From positions 1 to 40,492 of the forward strand of contig JASJQH010006913.1 in the NCBI GenBank assembly GCA_040143965.1: a stretch of DNA of 40,492 nucleotides, given 5' to 3'. The notes below the pieces were generated by a model. It was not told where the DNA came from and made no database searches. It saw nothing but the letters and a program-made list of their open reading frames with translations. The stretch is from Basidiobolus ranarum. Taxonomy: Eukaryota. This document shows positions 23,801 through 35,717 of this stretch, piece after piece. The translations under genes and the position numbers were made by a program. Within the stretch, counting starts at the first letter, position 1; every line of letters begins with the position of its first letter.

Positions 23801-26800
23801 TGCTGAAGTCATGAATTTGACAATTCCAGAGGTTTGTCTGATAATGAGTCCAGTGTTCTCCATAGAGCTCCCTATATTATCGTATTGTGCCAAGACCAAA
23901 TCACGCTTCTTCAATATCTCTTTTTTCATCTGCACAAGGCCAGGGTGTAGAGAATTTTGCAGCAGATCAACCGCAGGAGCAACCGATTGAGAATGTGGAA
24001 GTAGTTGCTTTTCCTTAATTTGTGTAAGCTGCTCTTCTAAAGCATTATATCTCGGTAGGAGCTGTGTAATATCACCAATCTCAGAGTTCCATTTGGCATT
24101 AGACCTCAACTCTTTTACTTCGGTGTTCTTAAGGGCTAGTTGCTCGCTAAGAGTCGTCAGATCAATTTGTAACGGAAGAACATCGAGTAAAGTATTTAGC
24201 AGTTCAAGAGAACTGTTCATGCTCCTTTTAAGGTCAGAAATGTCAGTTTGAATGGTCTCATAATCAGATGCTATCTTATCCAAATCTTGCGGCTTTTCTT
24301 CATCTGGCAAAGAATCCAAGCAATCTTTAGCACGGGTTAGCAAAGCCAACTCATTCTTTTCAAACTCTTCCAAATTCAAAATATTCTGCGATATGCTCTG
24401 TAGGTGAGAGTCAACATCGGATTTGCTTTTGAACTCTTCAATTTTGGAGGGAACCAACTGAGTCTCTTGCTTAAACTCCGCAATTCGCGCTTTCACAGTT
24501 TCAGCTTGCTCCCACCATGCTTTAGAATTACTTTCTTTCTGAGATTCGATCAGACTGCCTCTAGTTGACTCGTAGATATTTTCAAGCTCAGTCAATCTTT
24601 TAACATAAATTTCATCTTCAGAATCAAAGAGCTCTTCGTATTTCAAGCTTAAATCGTCAATTTCACTCTTAAACCAATCTAATTGAGCTTCAGTTTCGCT
24701 TTTGAACACTTCTTCATCCGCAATCTTCGTGGCAAGTAGGTTCCTATCCCTCATCTTTACTTCAAGCTCGTTGGCACATTTTGCAAATTCGAATCCTCGA
24801 GATATAAGTCTGACCTCTCGTTTTCTCCTTTCTAAACTCTCCTGAACTTCAATCCATGAGCCTAAAAGCACCTGATGAATGTTTTCAATAATGCCACGAA
24901 TTCCAGGGCTGCTTTCACCAAGTCGCTCAGTAGTCTGCGCTTCAAATGGTTCCCAAGTGGTTTTTTCGAAGTCAATAATTTCTTTATCAAATCTATCGAT
25001 TTCTTCAAGTAAACTATCATGCTGCTCCGATGTGCAAGAAAGGCCATGAATTGGAATGCGAGATGACAGTGTTGAACGCAAGTTCTCCAAGACACTTTCA
25101 ATATCTTTTGCTGTGTCTTGCCAACGTGTTGGTGTTCTCTTCTGGCTTAGCTCCTGCCATTTCTCCTCATAGAGTTTTTCATTTTCTTCCAAAAATGACT
25201 TCAACTCGGCATGGCGTTCTTGGGTGAGTTGGATGCCAGCCGCCTTTGAATAAAGCAAAGACATGTCGTCGAACTTTTTGCGCAATAGACGTAAACCATT
25301 ACCGGTCTGTATCATAATATGTTCAGCACTCTCCTCATCCCAACTATCAATTGACGATTTGATAGAGACTAGTTTGGTTCGGATCAGTTTCTCAATCTGA
25401 AGATATTTGAAGAGCTCATCGAATTTTTGAGTTTCATCAACTAATTTCTCCAACTTTTCGTGCCATTGCTGAGCCAAGCCTTGAGCTACACTTAGTAAAT
25501 GCGAGACTGCTGCTTTGGAGTTAGAATCCTCTGGTTCGGTGTTCTCTTCAGTTGTTGAAGCCGCTGGAGCGAGAGACAAGAGTTCGGATTCTCTGGCTTT
25601 TAAAGAGTTGGATGAATTCTTTAACAGTGATTTTTGCTCGGAAAGGACAGTTTTGTATTTTCCGAAATCACACACACAAGCTAAAATGGCTTCTTCAATC
25701 CCGGTGATCTTTTCGATACCCTCTGTGAACTTGGACGTTAAATCGGCATACCGTGCCTGAAAATCCTCAGCCGATTTCTCTTGTTTGAATCGGTCATTTT
25801 CCTCTTCTACAAGGACTTTAGTGTCGGATATGGAATTGAGCAATGCCTCTTTGGCGTCAACAAGGTACTTGGGAGAAGGATTAGGCATCTCATTACTAAT
25901 CATTATTGCCGAGTGTTCTAACTCTTCAATATCGTGATTGATACTCACTAATAGAGAGGACCGATCTTTCCTAGTTCCGCCAGATAGGCGTAAGTCGATT
26001 AGTTTATGCACATCGCTTTTAAGCTCTTCGATGGCTTTCTCAAAAACCCCAATCTCCTCCCTTTTATCAACGATGGTTTGAAGCTCTTTACACAATCGGC
26101 TTCGATTGGAGGCCTCATGAGAAAGATGTTCGTGTTTACTTGATACCTCGGAAAGTTTGTCTTGAAGAAGATCTTTGGAAGCTCCTGCAAGTAGATTGTC
26201 ATCAGCAATCATACTTTGGGCATCTGATTGAAAGCTTTGAACTTTGTCTGATAGTTTCGAGGCTGTGCTTTCAAAAGAGGCTAAAGAGGCCCAGTAATTC
26301 CCTAAAGAAAGCTGGTCCAATTCGATTTCAACGTCGGAAATAATTGGGAGTGAGTTCAAAGATGTTTGTATCTCTTTGAGGAGTTCCCCACTAACTGCAA
26401 TGGTTTCAGTTGCTAGCTCTTCTAATTTCTTCCGATTGCGTTCAAGGTCAAGTTCCTTGCGAGAGGACTCGACCATTTCACAATACTCGGCATCCTTTTG
26501 CTTTTTTGACATCACCTTGTAGTATTCAGACACATAGGTCATAATGGATTTTTCATCAGGCAAATCTACATTGACAATATCTTCAGCTTCCAGTAGAAAT
26601 GGAATTCCCATCTCTTCGTTGGCAACTAGAAAAGCGTCATTCAGTATGTTTTTCCACTCCTCTTTCCCTCTTTCAACTCGGGTCTGAACTACTTCAGGAT
26701 GGGCAATCAGTCTAGGATCGTGACGATTAATGAGAGCTGAAAAGGCCGCACCATTCTTCCAGGATCTATGGAAGTCCTTAATTATAGGTGCTAATTCACC

Positions 26801-27530
26801 AAATATAGACAATTGATTCTGTACCCATAACAAGAGTGATCCTTTGATATCTTTTTTGCTCACCAAGTCACTCCAAGAGGATTTTTTACTTAACGTAGCA
26901 GGAAGACTCAAGGTGCCACTTCTACTCTTCTAGAAATCCATTAGAAAAGTTAAACCGGTAAACAATAGAAATCTTCAAGATTAAAGATAGTTTCCATACT
27001 TTTTCATTATCACCAGGTAACTCACTAAAACTCATCTCAAGTGAGTTGACCAACTCTTCTTTATCAACTTGTTGAATTTGAAACTTCAAAATTAAAAGCC
27101 AAATAAGCCCGAGAGTGAGTTTAGTATTGCCGTCCACAATATCTTCACTACCAATGTTAGAAAGGGATTCTCCCAAGTTCTTTTCTAGAAAATGTAAAGC
27201 TTTCGTTACGTTGGACATGTAATGAATACGCATGGATAATTTTTCTGGTTTGGGAAGGGCTTGCTTAGAAAGAGTCTCCAATAGTTTAAGCAATAATTTT
27301 CCATCTCTAAGATCTAAGTCGATAGAAACGATCTGGTCTTCCTCGTCTATTAACTGTGAATTTATCCATTTGGTAAATGTTTTCTTCTGTATCTCTTCGT
27401 ACGTAAATGCAAGCTCTCGTATTTTTTCGTCATTATAGTCTGACTCGTTATACTCTGAGCCAGTAGAGGTAGACGAACGAGTAGGCGAGCGATAGGCGGA
27501 TAAACTTCTTCTAAGAGTGGTCCACGACAT
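20876..27530 (-). CDS. Spectraplakin-like protein: tandem CH1-CH2 actin-binding domain, long spectrin-repeat-like rod and GAR domain; ~2194 aa; one intron at 26930-26999
   Basis: Actinin-type ABD signatures EEIQKKTFTKWINSQL and NIGSEDIVDGNTKLTLGLIWLLILKFQI. CH2: LLLWVQ...DFHRSWKNGAAFSALI...PDEKSIMTYVSEYY. GAR: LDVEVARIVNCCPL...RYWIG...CYCRILNSKMVMVRVGGGWAELSRYL. The intron joins DNEK|KSRSGTLSLP in frame. Confidence 0.92.
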
Positions 27531-28252
27531 GGAGAAACACCCTTACGTTTCAATATAGAAGAATTATTGGTGTTTTTCCAACGTCTTTACCTTTAAACGG
27601 GAACGGATATAACAGCAACAGTATGCTTTTCTAACAGTGAAAGATAGGAATAGAAATAGAAAATATTAAGGAATCCTCCTTTTTTCGAACTTCACCTCAA
27701 CAGTATGCAATATCTGTTTCTAGGTCAACTGTTGTTTGTAGGCAGACACCAATCTCGAAGTCAGTTAACCTCTATCCAATAGGTGGGTGAGTGATGAATA
27801 TTAGTGAAGAAATTGCTTTACTAAACTAGTTGCATTACTATGCCATTTTAAGAATCAGTAGGAATCAGTAATTGAATTGAGCTTTATTACACACGGATCT
27901 ATCCAGATTCTTTGAGATGTTCATCCAAAGCCACCATTTGCAAATTCTTAGATCTCTCCTGCTTGCCCCTTTTTGCCCCCTTTCATGTTTACTTAGTTAG
28001 AATAGCTCCTGTCTAACGATTGGATCTCCGCCATAGTAATCATTTGCCTCTGTTGCTTGGATCCTATAAGGTTAGGATTTTCATTTCAAGCTTTGACAAC
28101 GATCTATTCCAGAATACTGCCGGTGAATGTTTCATAACTGAGAAAAAAATAACAACTACAACGGATTATTTTCTTCCTACTTATGCTGGAACAAAACAGC
28201 TATCAAGTTTACGCTACTTTTTGATCCCCATATTCTTCATACTTGTACAATT

Positions 28253-30210
28253 ATGAGCTCTCCTCCTTCAAAACGTATCAAGATTGAAGCAGAGCCAGAG
28301 CAAACTTCTACAGATGGAGTCAATAACCAAGCGACCCCTGTTACGACTTGGGGCGAAAAGTCAGTTGGAATCTCCGAATACGTGAACGCCTCCATTCCAG
28401 GGTTTTCTGCCATTATAAAGCAACGTTATTCAGATTTTCTAGTAAATGAGATAGACCTCGAAGGAAAAGTATTACACTTGAATGATTTTTCTTTACCTAC
28501 GAGTACCCCGTTAGAACCTCCTAAGGAAGAGGTTCCATTATTATCTCTAGAAGAGAGTATCTCCAACTTATCCGATATATTAGGAGATGCCAATGCTCCA
28601 CAAGAGATTCAGAAACTTCTTGAAACAAAAGGTACAGAGCCTCCGTTTGTTTTAATCGACGTTATTGATGATAAAGAGAAAAGAACCGAGATTCACCGTT
28701 TCTTTAGAAACGCGTTTGATCGTAAACTCATCACTGAAGCTTCAGAGGGTCGTATTAAGGTTAGATATGTCGCAGAAGGCATTGATAAAAGAGATAAGAA
28801 GTTCCAACGTAAGAGAAACGATTGGAATATTTCCGAGGGAGATTTTTGTCGATTCATACTTCACAAGGAAAATAAAGACACCATGGAGGCAGTAAATATG
28901 CTCTCCAAGATCATGAAGATGAGCTCGAAGATTTTCTCTTACGCTGGAACTAAAGATAAACGTGGAGTAACCGTACAATGGGTGACTGGCTATCATGTCA
29001 AAGCAGAGAGATTAGCTGGCTTAAATAAACGCCTTAGAGGTATGCAACTTGGAAACTTTGGTTACTGCAAAGAAAAACTGGACCTTGGCGATCTAAAAGG
29101 TAACCATTTTTCTATCGTCTTGCGAGATGTCGTCGTCGAATCCGAGGAGATTATAGATAAAGCGGTAACCACGATCAAAGATCAAGGTTTTATTAATTAC
29201 TTTGGTATGCAGAGATTTGGTTCTAGTGGAGCACCTACTCATACCATAGGTAAAGCCTTATTGCTTGGTCAATGGGAGCAAGCAGTTAATCTTATTCTTA
29301 TGCCTCGTGAAGGAGAGAAGGGAGATATAGCTGAAGCTCGCAAAGAATGGGCACAAAACCAAGATGCTAAAAAAGCACTGGAAATATTCCCTAGAAAGTG
29401 TGTTGCCGAGACTCACGTTCTTTCAACATTTGCTAAAAGTGGACAGAATCGGGATTTCCTAGGGGCTATCAAGATGATTCCTCGTAACCTCAGAATGATG
29501 TATGTACACGCTTATCAGTCCTATGTTTGGAATCACATGGTTTCCCAGAGAATTCAACGCTTCGGATGTGACAAACCCGTCGTTGGAGATCTCGTTGTGG
29601 TTAATGATTCTGAGCTAAAAGAAATCGAGGAAATTGACGCTGATGAAAACATGGAAGATGAAGTCAGTCGCACTGTATCCGTCAAAGTACTATCTGCCGA
29701 CGATCTTTCCCAGTATACTATCTATGATGTTGTTCTTCCTATGCCAGGATTTGATGTTCAGTATCCTGAACACGAAATCGGTATTAAGTATCACGAACTG
29801 ATGACTCAAGATGGACTTGACCCTAAAGACATGCGTAGAAATGTCAAGTAAGTGAGATTTAGAACTTTGTACCTCCGAGAAGCCTCACTAACACTTCATT
29901 TTTTGCTATTAGAGAGTTCTCACTTCCTGGGTCTTACCGAAAATTCATGTCAAAGCCTGAAAACGTCACTTGGAAAACAATGAGATATACTGACCCCGAA
30001 GCCACACTCTCCCAGTCTGACTTAGATGTCCTAGCTGGTGTACCTGAGCCAACAGGTGAACCTGATGGTGAACGTTTAGCACTTCGTGTTTCATTCTCCT
30101 TGAATTCTAGTCAATATGCTACGATGGCCCTCCGTGAGATTCTTAAGACCGAGACTACCGGTAGCTTCCATTTAGCCTTAAGTCAAAAGAACAGCCAAGC
30201 CGTGCAGTAA
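28253..30210 (+). CDS. PUS7: TruD-family pseudouridine synthase Pus7 (~630 aa; intron 29848-29912)
   Basis: Motifs IIKQRYSDFLVNEI, LHKENKDTMEA, FSYAGTKDKRGVTVQ (catalytic Asp), LGDLKGNHFSIVLR, GFINYFGMQRFG, YVHAYQSYVWN; after splicing EFSLPGSYR and QYATMALRE. Confidence 0.96.
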
Positions 30211-30626
30211 GAAGTTTCGCTAGAATGTTACACATAGAATGAGCATAGATGCTTGTATATATCATATTCTTGGATTTGTTGGGAATTTATTGTTGATATA
30301 TTGTCTAGGTGATCCTATTATTTTGATTTACTCTCTTCTACTCTTTTTTACCATTAAATATATGCTGGTATGGCTGACATTGACAATTGTCCTATCATTA
30401 TTCTCAAGAAGAAATCTCCGAACTTACAGTTGCATTTACCCCCATGCCAAAGCTATAATGCAAAAGCTATAAAAAGCCACTGATTTGGTTTTGTCTAGAT
30501 AACAGGCATCATTAAAGCACCATTAAACCCCGCCTTCTAAAACCACGCTTCTCGGTCTATTTGTAACCTTTCACTAGAGAAGTGAATCATCGATTTAACC
30601 TAACCTATACTCTTGTAACACCTAAC

Positions 30627-31280
30627 ATGCGCACCATCTTTGTACTTGCTATTACCGCGTTTACTGTAATTCTTTCTGAATCCAGTGAATCGAATAATGA
30701 AGGAAAAAAGGGGGTGATAGATGCTGACAATCTTGGTAGTCTGGGTATTCTAAAATCAATACCAATACTCGGTGATTCTGGCCGGAAGCTTGACTCGATT
30801 TTAGACTCGGATTTAACCCTCGATCTTTTCGGTAAGCCAGCCCCTAATGATAAGAGGAAGCCAGATGCTACAAAGGAGTATATTGAGTCAACTGATGACG
30901 TAGACGTAGATAACGATGGAGTTGGAGATACAGATGTAGTTGAAGATTATGGCTATTACCGGAGACGGCCATCAGCATATGAGTCAAAACCTAGGTATGG
31001 CGGCACCGGCAGAAGAAAATATAGAAATAAATCTGGCGAAAGTAATGAAGGTTCCAATATAGCAAGTAATGAAATCGAAGGAGGTGCCAAGAAAAACAAT
31101 AAAAAGAAATGGACCACTACTTGGACGACAACATATCCTACTAAATACACCACCTATTCCACGACATATAGAACTGCCCGGACATCAACCGCATCCTCAC
31201 AGCCAACATCTATCCCGTCTAATGGTGATCCTTATGAAAAGCCATCAGCTGCCAATTGCTTACTTGGAATATGTTTATAG
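30627..31280 (+). CDS. Small putative secreted protein (signal peptide; acidic and basic patches; Thr/aromatic-rich segment; C-terminal CLLGICL)
   Basis: ATG at 30627 gives MRTIFVLAITAFTVILSES, a hydrophobic signal-peptide-like N-terminus. Intronless 217-aa ORF. No family recognised. Confidence 0.65.
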   Translation: MRTIFVLAITAFTVILSESSESNNEGKKGVIDADNLGSLGILKSIPILGDSGRKLDSILDSDLTLDLFGKPAPNDKRKPDATKEYIESTDDVDVDNDGVGDTDVVEDYGYYRRRPSAYESKPRYGGTGRRKYRNKSGESNEGSNIASNEIEGGAKKNNKKKWTTTWTTTYPTKYTTYSTTYRTARTSTASSQPTSIPSNGDPYEKPSAANCLLGICL

Positions 31281-31755
31281 GGCCCATGATATTGAAATAT
31301 AACTGTGAATTATCCAATGTAAATAGTCTTGTTTCTACAGGCATTGATTTTAGAGTTGACTAATGAAGAAATATGGCATTTTTACTCTATGATTTCTTAT
31401 CCTCAATAGATATTTGTGAGTAAAAGCTTCCAACAATTCAGGTCAAATATAGCATCTTCCTAGTATTTAGACTATATCATAATACTGCTGATTCATATCT
31501 CTTCCAAGTAATCTCGCAAAACAGTCCATGTATCTATAGCGAATGACTGATAAAAAGTTACTGCTACTATCCAACATTTGCAAGTATTTGAGATGAATTG
31601 GAAGAAATATGTAATTAACTACATATCATTCTTATATATTATCTTATCTCTTCGCTCTAATTGCCCTTTGTTAATGGTTATGTGGTTATATAAAATGGTC
31701 ATAATATTTCAACCTTTACAACTAGGGTGATGTTTATTGTTCTAAAAATGCTTCT

Positions 31756-34700
31756 TCATTTCTTCTTGTTTGATGACTTTTTCTTTCGGAGACTTGCTCT
31801 TTTGGAAGCAGATAGGGGGGTCTTCTGCGATTTAGGCACAGATGTTTGATCCTTGGTATTGACAGACGAAGTACTCTCTGATTCTGCTGACGGTTCCACA
31901 ATAACTTGTATAACTTCCGATTCTTGTTGTCGATTGCCAGCTCTTCTTTTTGTGGATGTTGGCTGGGGGTTGATCGGTTTTTTGCCATTTACATCATCGA
32001 GGATAATCGAGTTCTGCACTAACATCTGCTTGGGGTCCCGGGATGCCTTAGTTGTCTTCCTAGATTTCCCGTGCGAATCATCACCCGAAGATACTACATC
32101 TTCAGCTGTAGAGGTGTCACTATTGTGTTCACGAATATGTCGCTGCCACATTTCATAATAGACACCTTGACCATTGTTCTGAATTGCGTGCTCCAACAGC
32201 TCTTCATGGGTACCTTGCTCCACGATCTGACCGTCACTCACACATAGGATCAAGTCAGCACTAACTATGGTGCTTAATCGATGAGCAATCACAAGTGTTG
32301 TTCTGTTTTCAGTCATTTTGGCCAATGCATCCTGAATTTGACTCTCAGTAGTGTTGTCCAGTGCTGAAGTAGCCTCATCTAAAAAGACGATCGGAGGGTT
32401 CTTGAGTATTGTTCTGGCTATAGCAACACGCTGTTTCTCACCTCCAGAGAGACGTAAACCACGTTCACCCACTTTGGTATCATATTGGTCAGGGAAGTCA
32501 AGAATCTTATCATGAATCATGGCTGCCTTAGCTGCTTCTTCAATCTCTTCTCTACCCGCTGTAATCTTTCCGTAACCGATATTGTACAATATTGTTTCAT
32601 TGAACAACACTGTATCTTGAGGAACAACTCCAATTTGTTGTCGCAGACTATTCTGGGTAACTGAAGCAATATCCTGACCATCGATCAAGATTCTTCCTGA
32701 GGAGACATCATAGAATCGGAAGAGTAATCGCAGGATGGTGGATTTACCGCTACCGGAGGGTCCCACAAAAGCCACAGTCTTACCACGAGGTACTTTGAAA
32801 GACACGTTCTTGAGAGCCACTTGACGATCATCATAAGAAAAGGAAACATTCTGGAATTCGATTTCTCCAGAGACAACCTTCAAAGCCTGGGCATTAGGTG
32901 CATCTAAAATTTTCTGATCCTGGTCCATCAACATCATCATTTTTTCCATATCAATGAAATTATTTTGTAGCATTCTGTAGTAAGTTCCCATGAAGTTGAG
33001 AGGTCCATAGAGTTGATTGAGATATACCAAAAACATGATGAAGTCTGCGGCAACTCGTTTTCCTAGCGTAACTTCATACGCACAAAGTAAACTGCCTCCT
33101 AAAAGACCAAGATTGATGATGAGATTCTGCATCATGTTCAAGTATTGCAGTGAAGTTTGAGTCTTGTAATCGGCTATCATGTAGGTATTGATGGCATTCG
33201 TGTATCGATCGACTTCATATGATTCTGCTGAATAGTACTTGACCGTCTCAAAGTTGAGGAGAGAGTCGACAGCTTTGGTGCGAGCATCATTGTTGGCATT
33301 GATCATTTCACGACGAAGAGCGGTACGCCATCTAGTGATTTGAATAGTGACGACCATGTAAAGGAAGATGGTGGTAAAGACAATCGCGGCATATGTCCAG
33401 TTCCAGAAGTAAAGGAAATATCCAATTGCAATCATAGTATCTGCTAACACAGGAATGAACGTGAACAAAAATGTACCCAGGATAGAGGCAATAGCACCGG
33501 TGCCTCGGTCGATTACACTAAGTACCTCTCCTGTTTTACGGTTCAAATGATAATGAAGGGAGAGATTCTGGACGTGCTCAAAGACATTGACCGTGAGGGC
33601 TTTGGTAGTGTACTGTTCTACTGGGATCCAGCTCCATTTTTGCATGACAGAGACAAGACCGTTACTACCTTGGAGGTATCGGAGAAAGGCAAAGAGTAGA
33701 ATAATGATCACATCAAGGCGAGGAGGTTGACCATCATCTCCGCTCAAAGAACGTACCACAGCGGCAGTTTGATAAGGAACCAAGAAATTAATAGCACGAC
33801 CAAGGATCAAGAGTATAGACGAAATGGTAATCAAAAATTTGAGGTATAACTGATCTTTAGGCCAGATGAACGGGATAATTTTCTTGATTTTGAGGCCAAA
33901 ATCTTTGAATGGATCGCCTTGAAGATCGATCTTTTTCTTATCTGGCTTGGGGGCCATTTCGGGATTTACTGAAGATGAAGGTCCTGCAGTGGCTGGGTCT
34001 GATCCGAAGGTGCCATAGGCAGAAGGATCTGCCGCGGAATCCCGAGCACTTGATATGCCTGCTTCCAAATCACTCTCAGTTGGATCCCTGCGTAGCTGGG
34101 CAATAGACGTCAATGCCAAGAATAACAAGAGAATATATCTAGCTGCTGAGACTCCCAGCATGATCTTTGTATATATGTCTACATCTGCAAAAGTTAAGAG
34201 GAAATTGGAGCATTGTTAGATAGGATACGCATGAAACCAAAGAGCACAGCCATTCAGTTGCCAAACTTACCCGAATCAAAGGTCTGGTAAAGATGATAGG
34301 CAATCATGGACTCGCCCAAGAGTGCCAACCACCAAAATGCATAATTGGGCCAACCCCACTTGCCCCCTTGGCGAGTCTCGAATATCATCATACCCAAATT
34401 AGCCATGAATGCAATCCAAGATGAGATATTATACAAAATAATGATAGAGGAAGTCCAGACATGGTCCGCTAACGCGCGGATACATACAATGCCAAGACCA
34501 ACAAGAAAACTAATTTGAATAGCTTGGTTGAGGACTTGAATGGCAGTAGTCAGTTTGGTGCTCTTTGGGGTCCAAACCAATTCTCCTTGGGTTTCTTGTG
34601 ACAATAAAGGCCTGTAAGAATGTCGAGGCCTTAATACGAAAAAGTATCTATGATGATGGAGAAATTTTAGTTAAATCTGAAATATGATATGATCTATACA

Positions 34701-34859
34701 ACTAAATTTACAACTGCAGTAATATTCGACAAATATATATAAACTCATTCTCAATTACCGATAGATTCCCGCGAGGATGGTGAACGCCAACAATGTAAAG
34801 GGTACAGCGAGCTCGATGGCCTCATGTCTATGAGGACTTGTCTGTATTGCGTTCTCCAT
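31756..34859 (-). CDS. HMT1: ABCB6/Hmt1-type ABC half-transporter (heavy-metal tolerance family), ~968 aa; introns 34648-34758 and 34185-34270
   Basis: Extra N-terminal TM region; IPFIWPK; YLQG..GL; HLNRKTGEVL..IDRG; AVDSLLNFETVKYY; QLYGPLNFMGTYYR..Q.NFIDMEKM; Walker A GPSGSGKST; signature LSGGEKQRVAIAR; Walker B VFLDEATSALD; H-loop IAHRLSTI. Confidence 0.92.
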
Positions 34860-35717
34860 AATGAAGGAACTAAAATGCTTGGAAACTATATCTGTATTTA
34901 CAGTCAAAAATTTTCGAGTTCAACAGATATGGAACGGTATATATTTCTAATATGAACAAAAAGAAGACTTTAAGAAAGGATAGAAATAAGCCCACACAAA
35001 AAAAATTGGTTGGCCATGGCCAACTTTGTTACTGTGCATTTTCTGAGTAACTACTGCGACCCATGCTTGTAAATAAAAGAGTGGAGTCCCAGTCTAGATC
35101 GAAATCACGTGCCACACTTGGGAAGTGGCGTAATATTTTTCCGTTTATACTCTCAACAACCGGCCAACTGTAAACAACTCTCTTCACTTCAACCAAAATA
35201 TACGAATGGCGATTATATTCAGTAAAGTTGGTTGTTTTTAGCAAAAAAGCCGAGTATTTTTCTGATGTCGTATTTCACTACAGCTAAGAGACGAGTACAG
35301 AAGTACATTTTTGTCGGCTCTGCCAAAAAAAACCTTATAGATGATTATGATTCTATTTAAATTCTCTCTGAAATTTCCAGCCACAACTGACATTTATATG
35401 TCATGAGAAAGTGATTATATTCTTCAGTTTGTACTTATAATTTGCTTCAAAGAAAAAGCAATAGTCATCAAGAAGCCACATTCTGTCACAACTATTTCAC
35501 CAAGGGGCAAGTATCTCAATTTTATGTGAACTGTAACAAGGATTGTGACATGTGTACTCTGTGCATTCCACAATAATATATTAATACTTAACAAACATTT
35601 GGTATCCGAATGACCTCACGGCCAACTAAAATGTTTATTTATGATGTATTATGTGATTAATGGTGAATATGGAGAAAGATACAATGTGTGCAAAATTTTA
35701 GGTTCTTAATACGATAA

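Noticed and set aside
16623-27530. A single giant gene with two GAR domains via readthrough
   Set aside because: The upstream gene has a clean stop at 20876, followed by ~850 bp of non-coding-like DNA and a new ATG after a pyrimidine-rich leader; two genes is the simpler reading.
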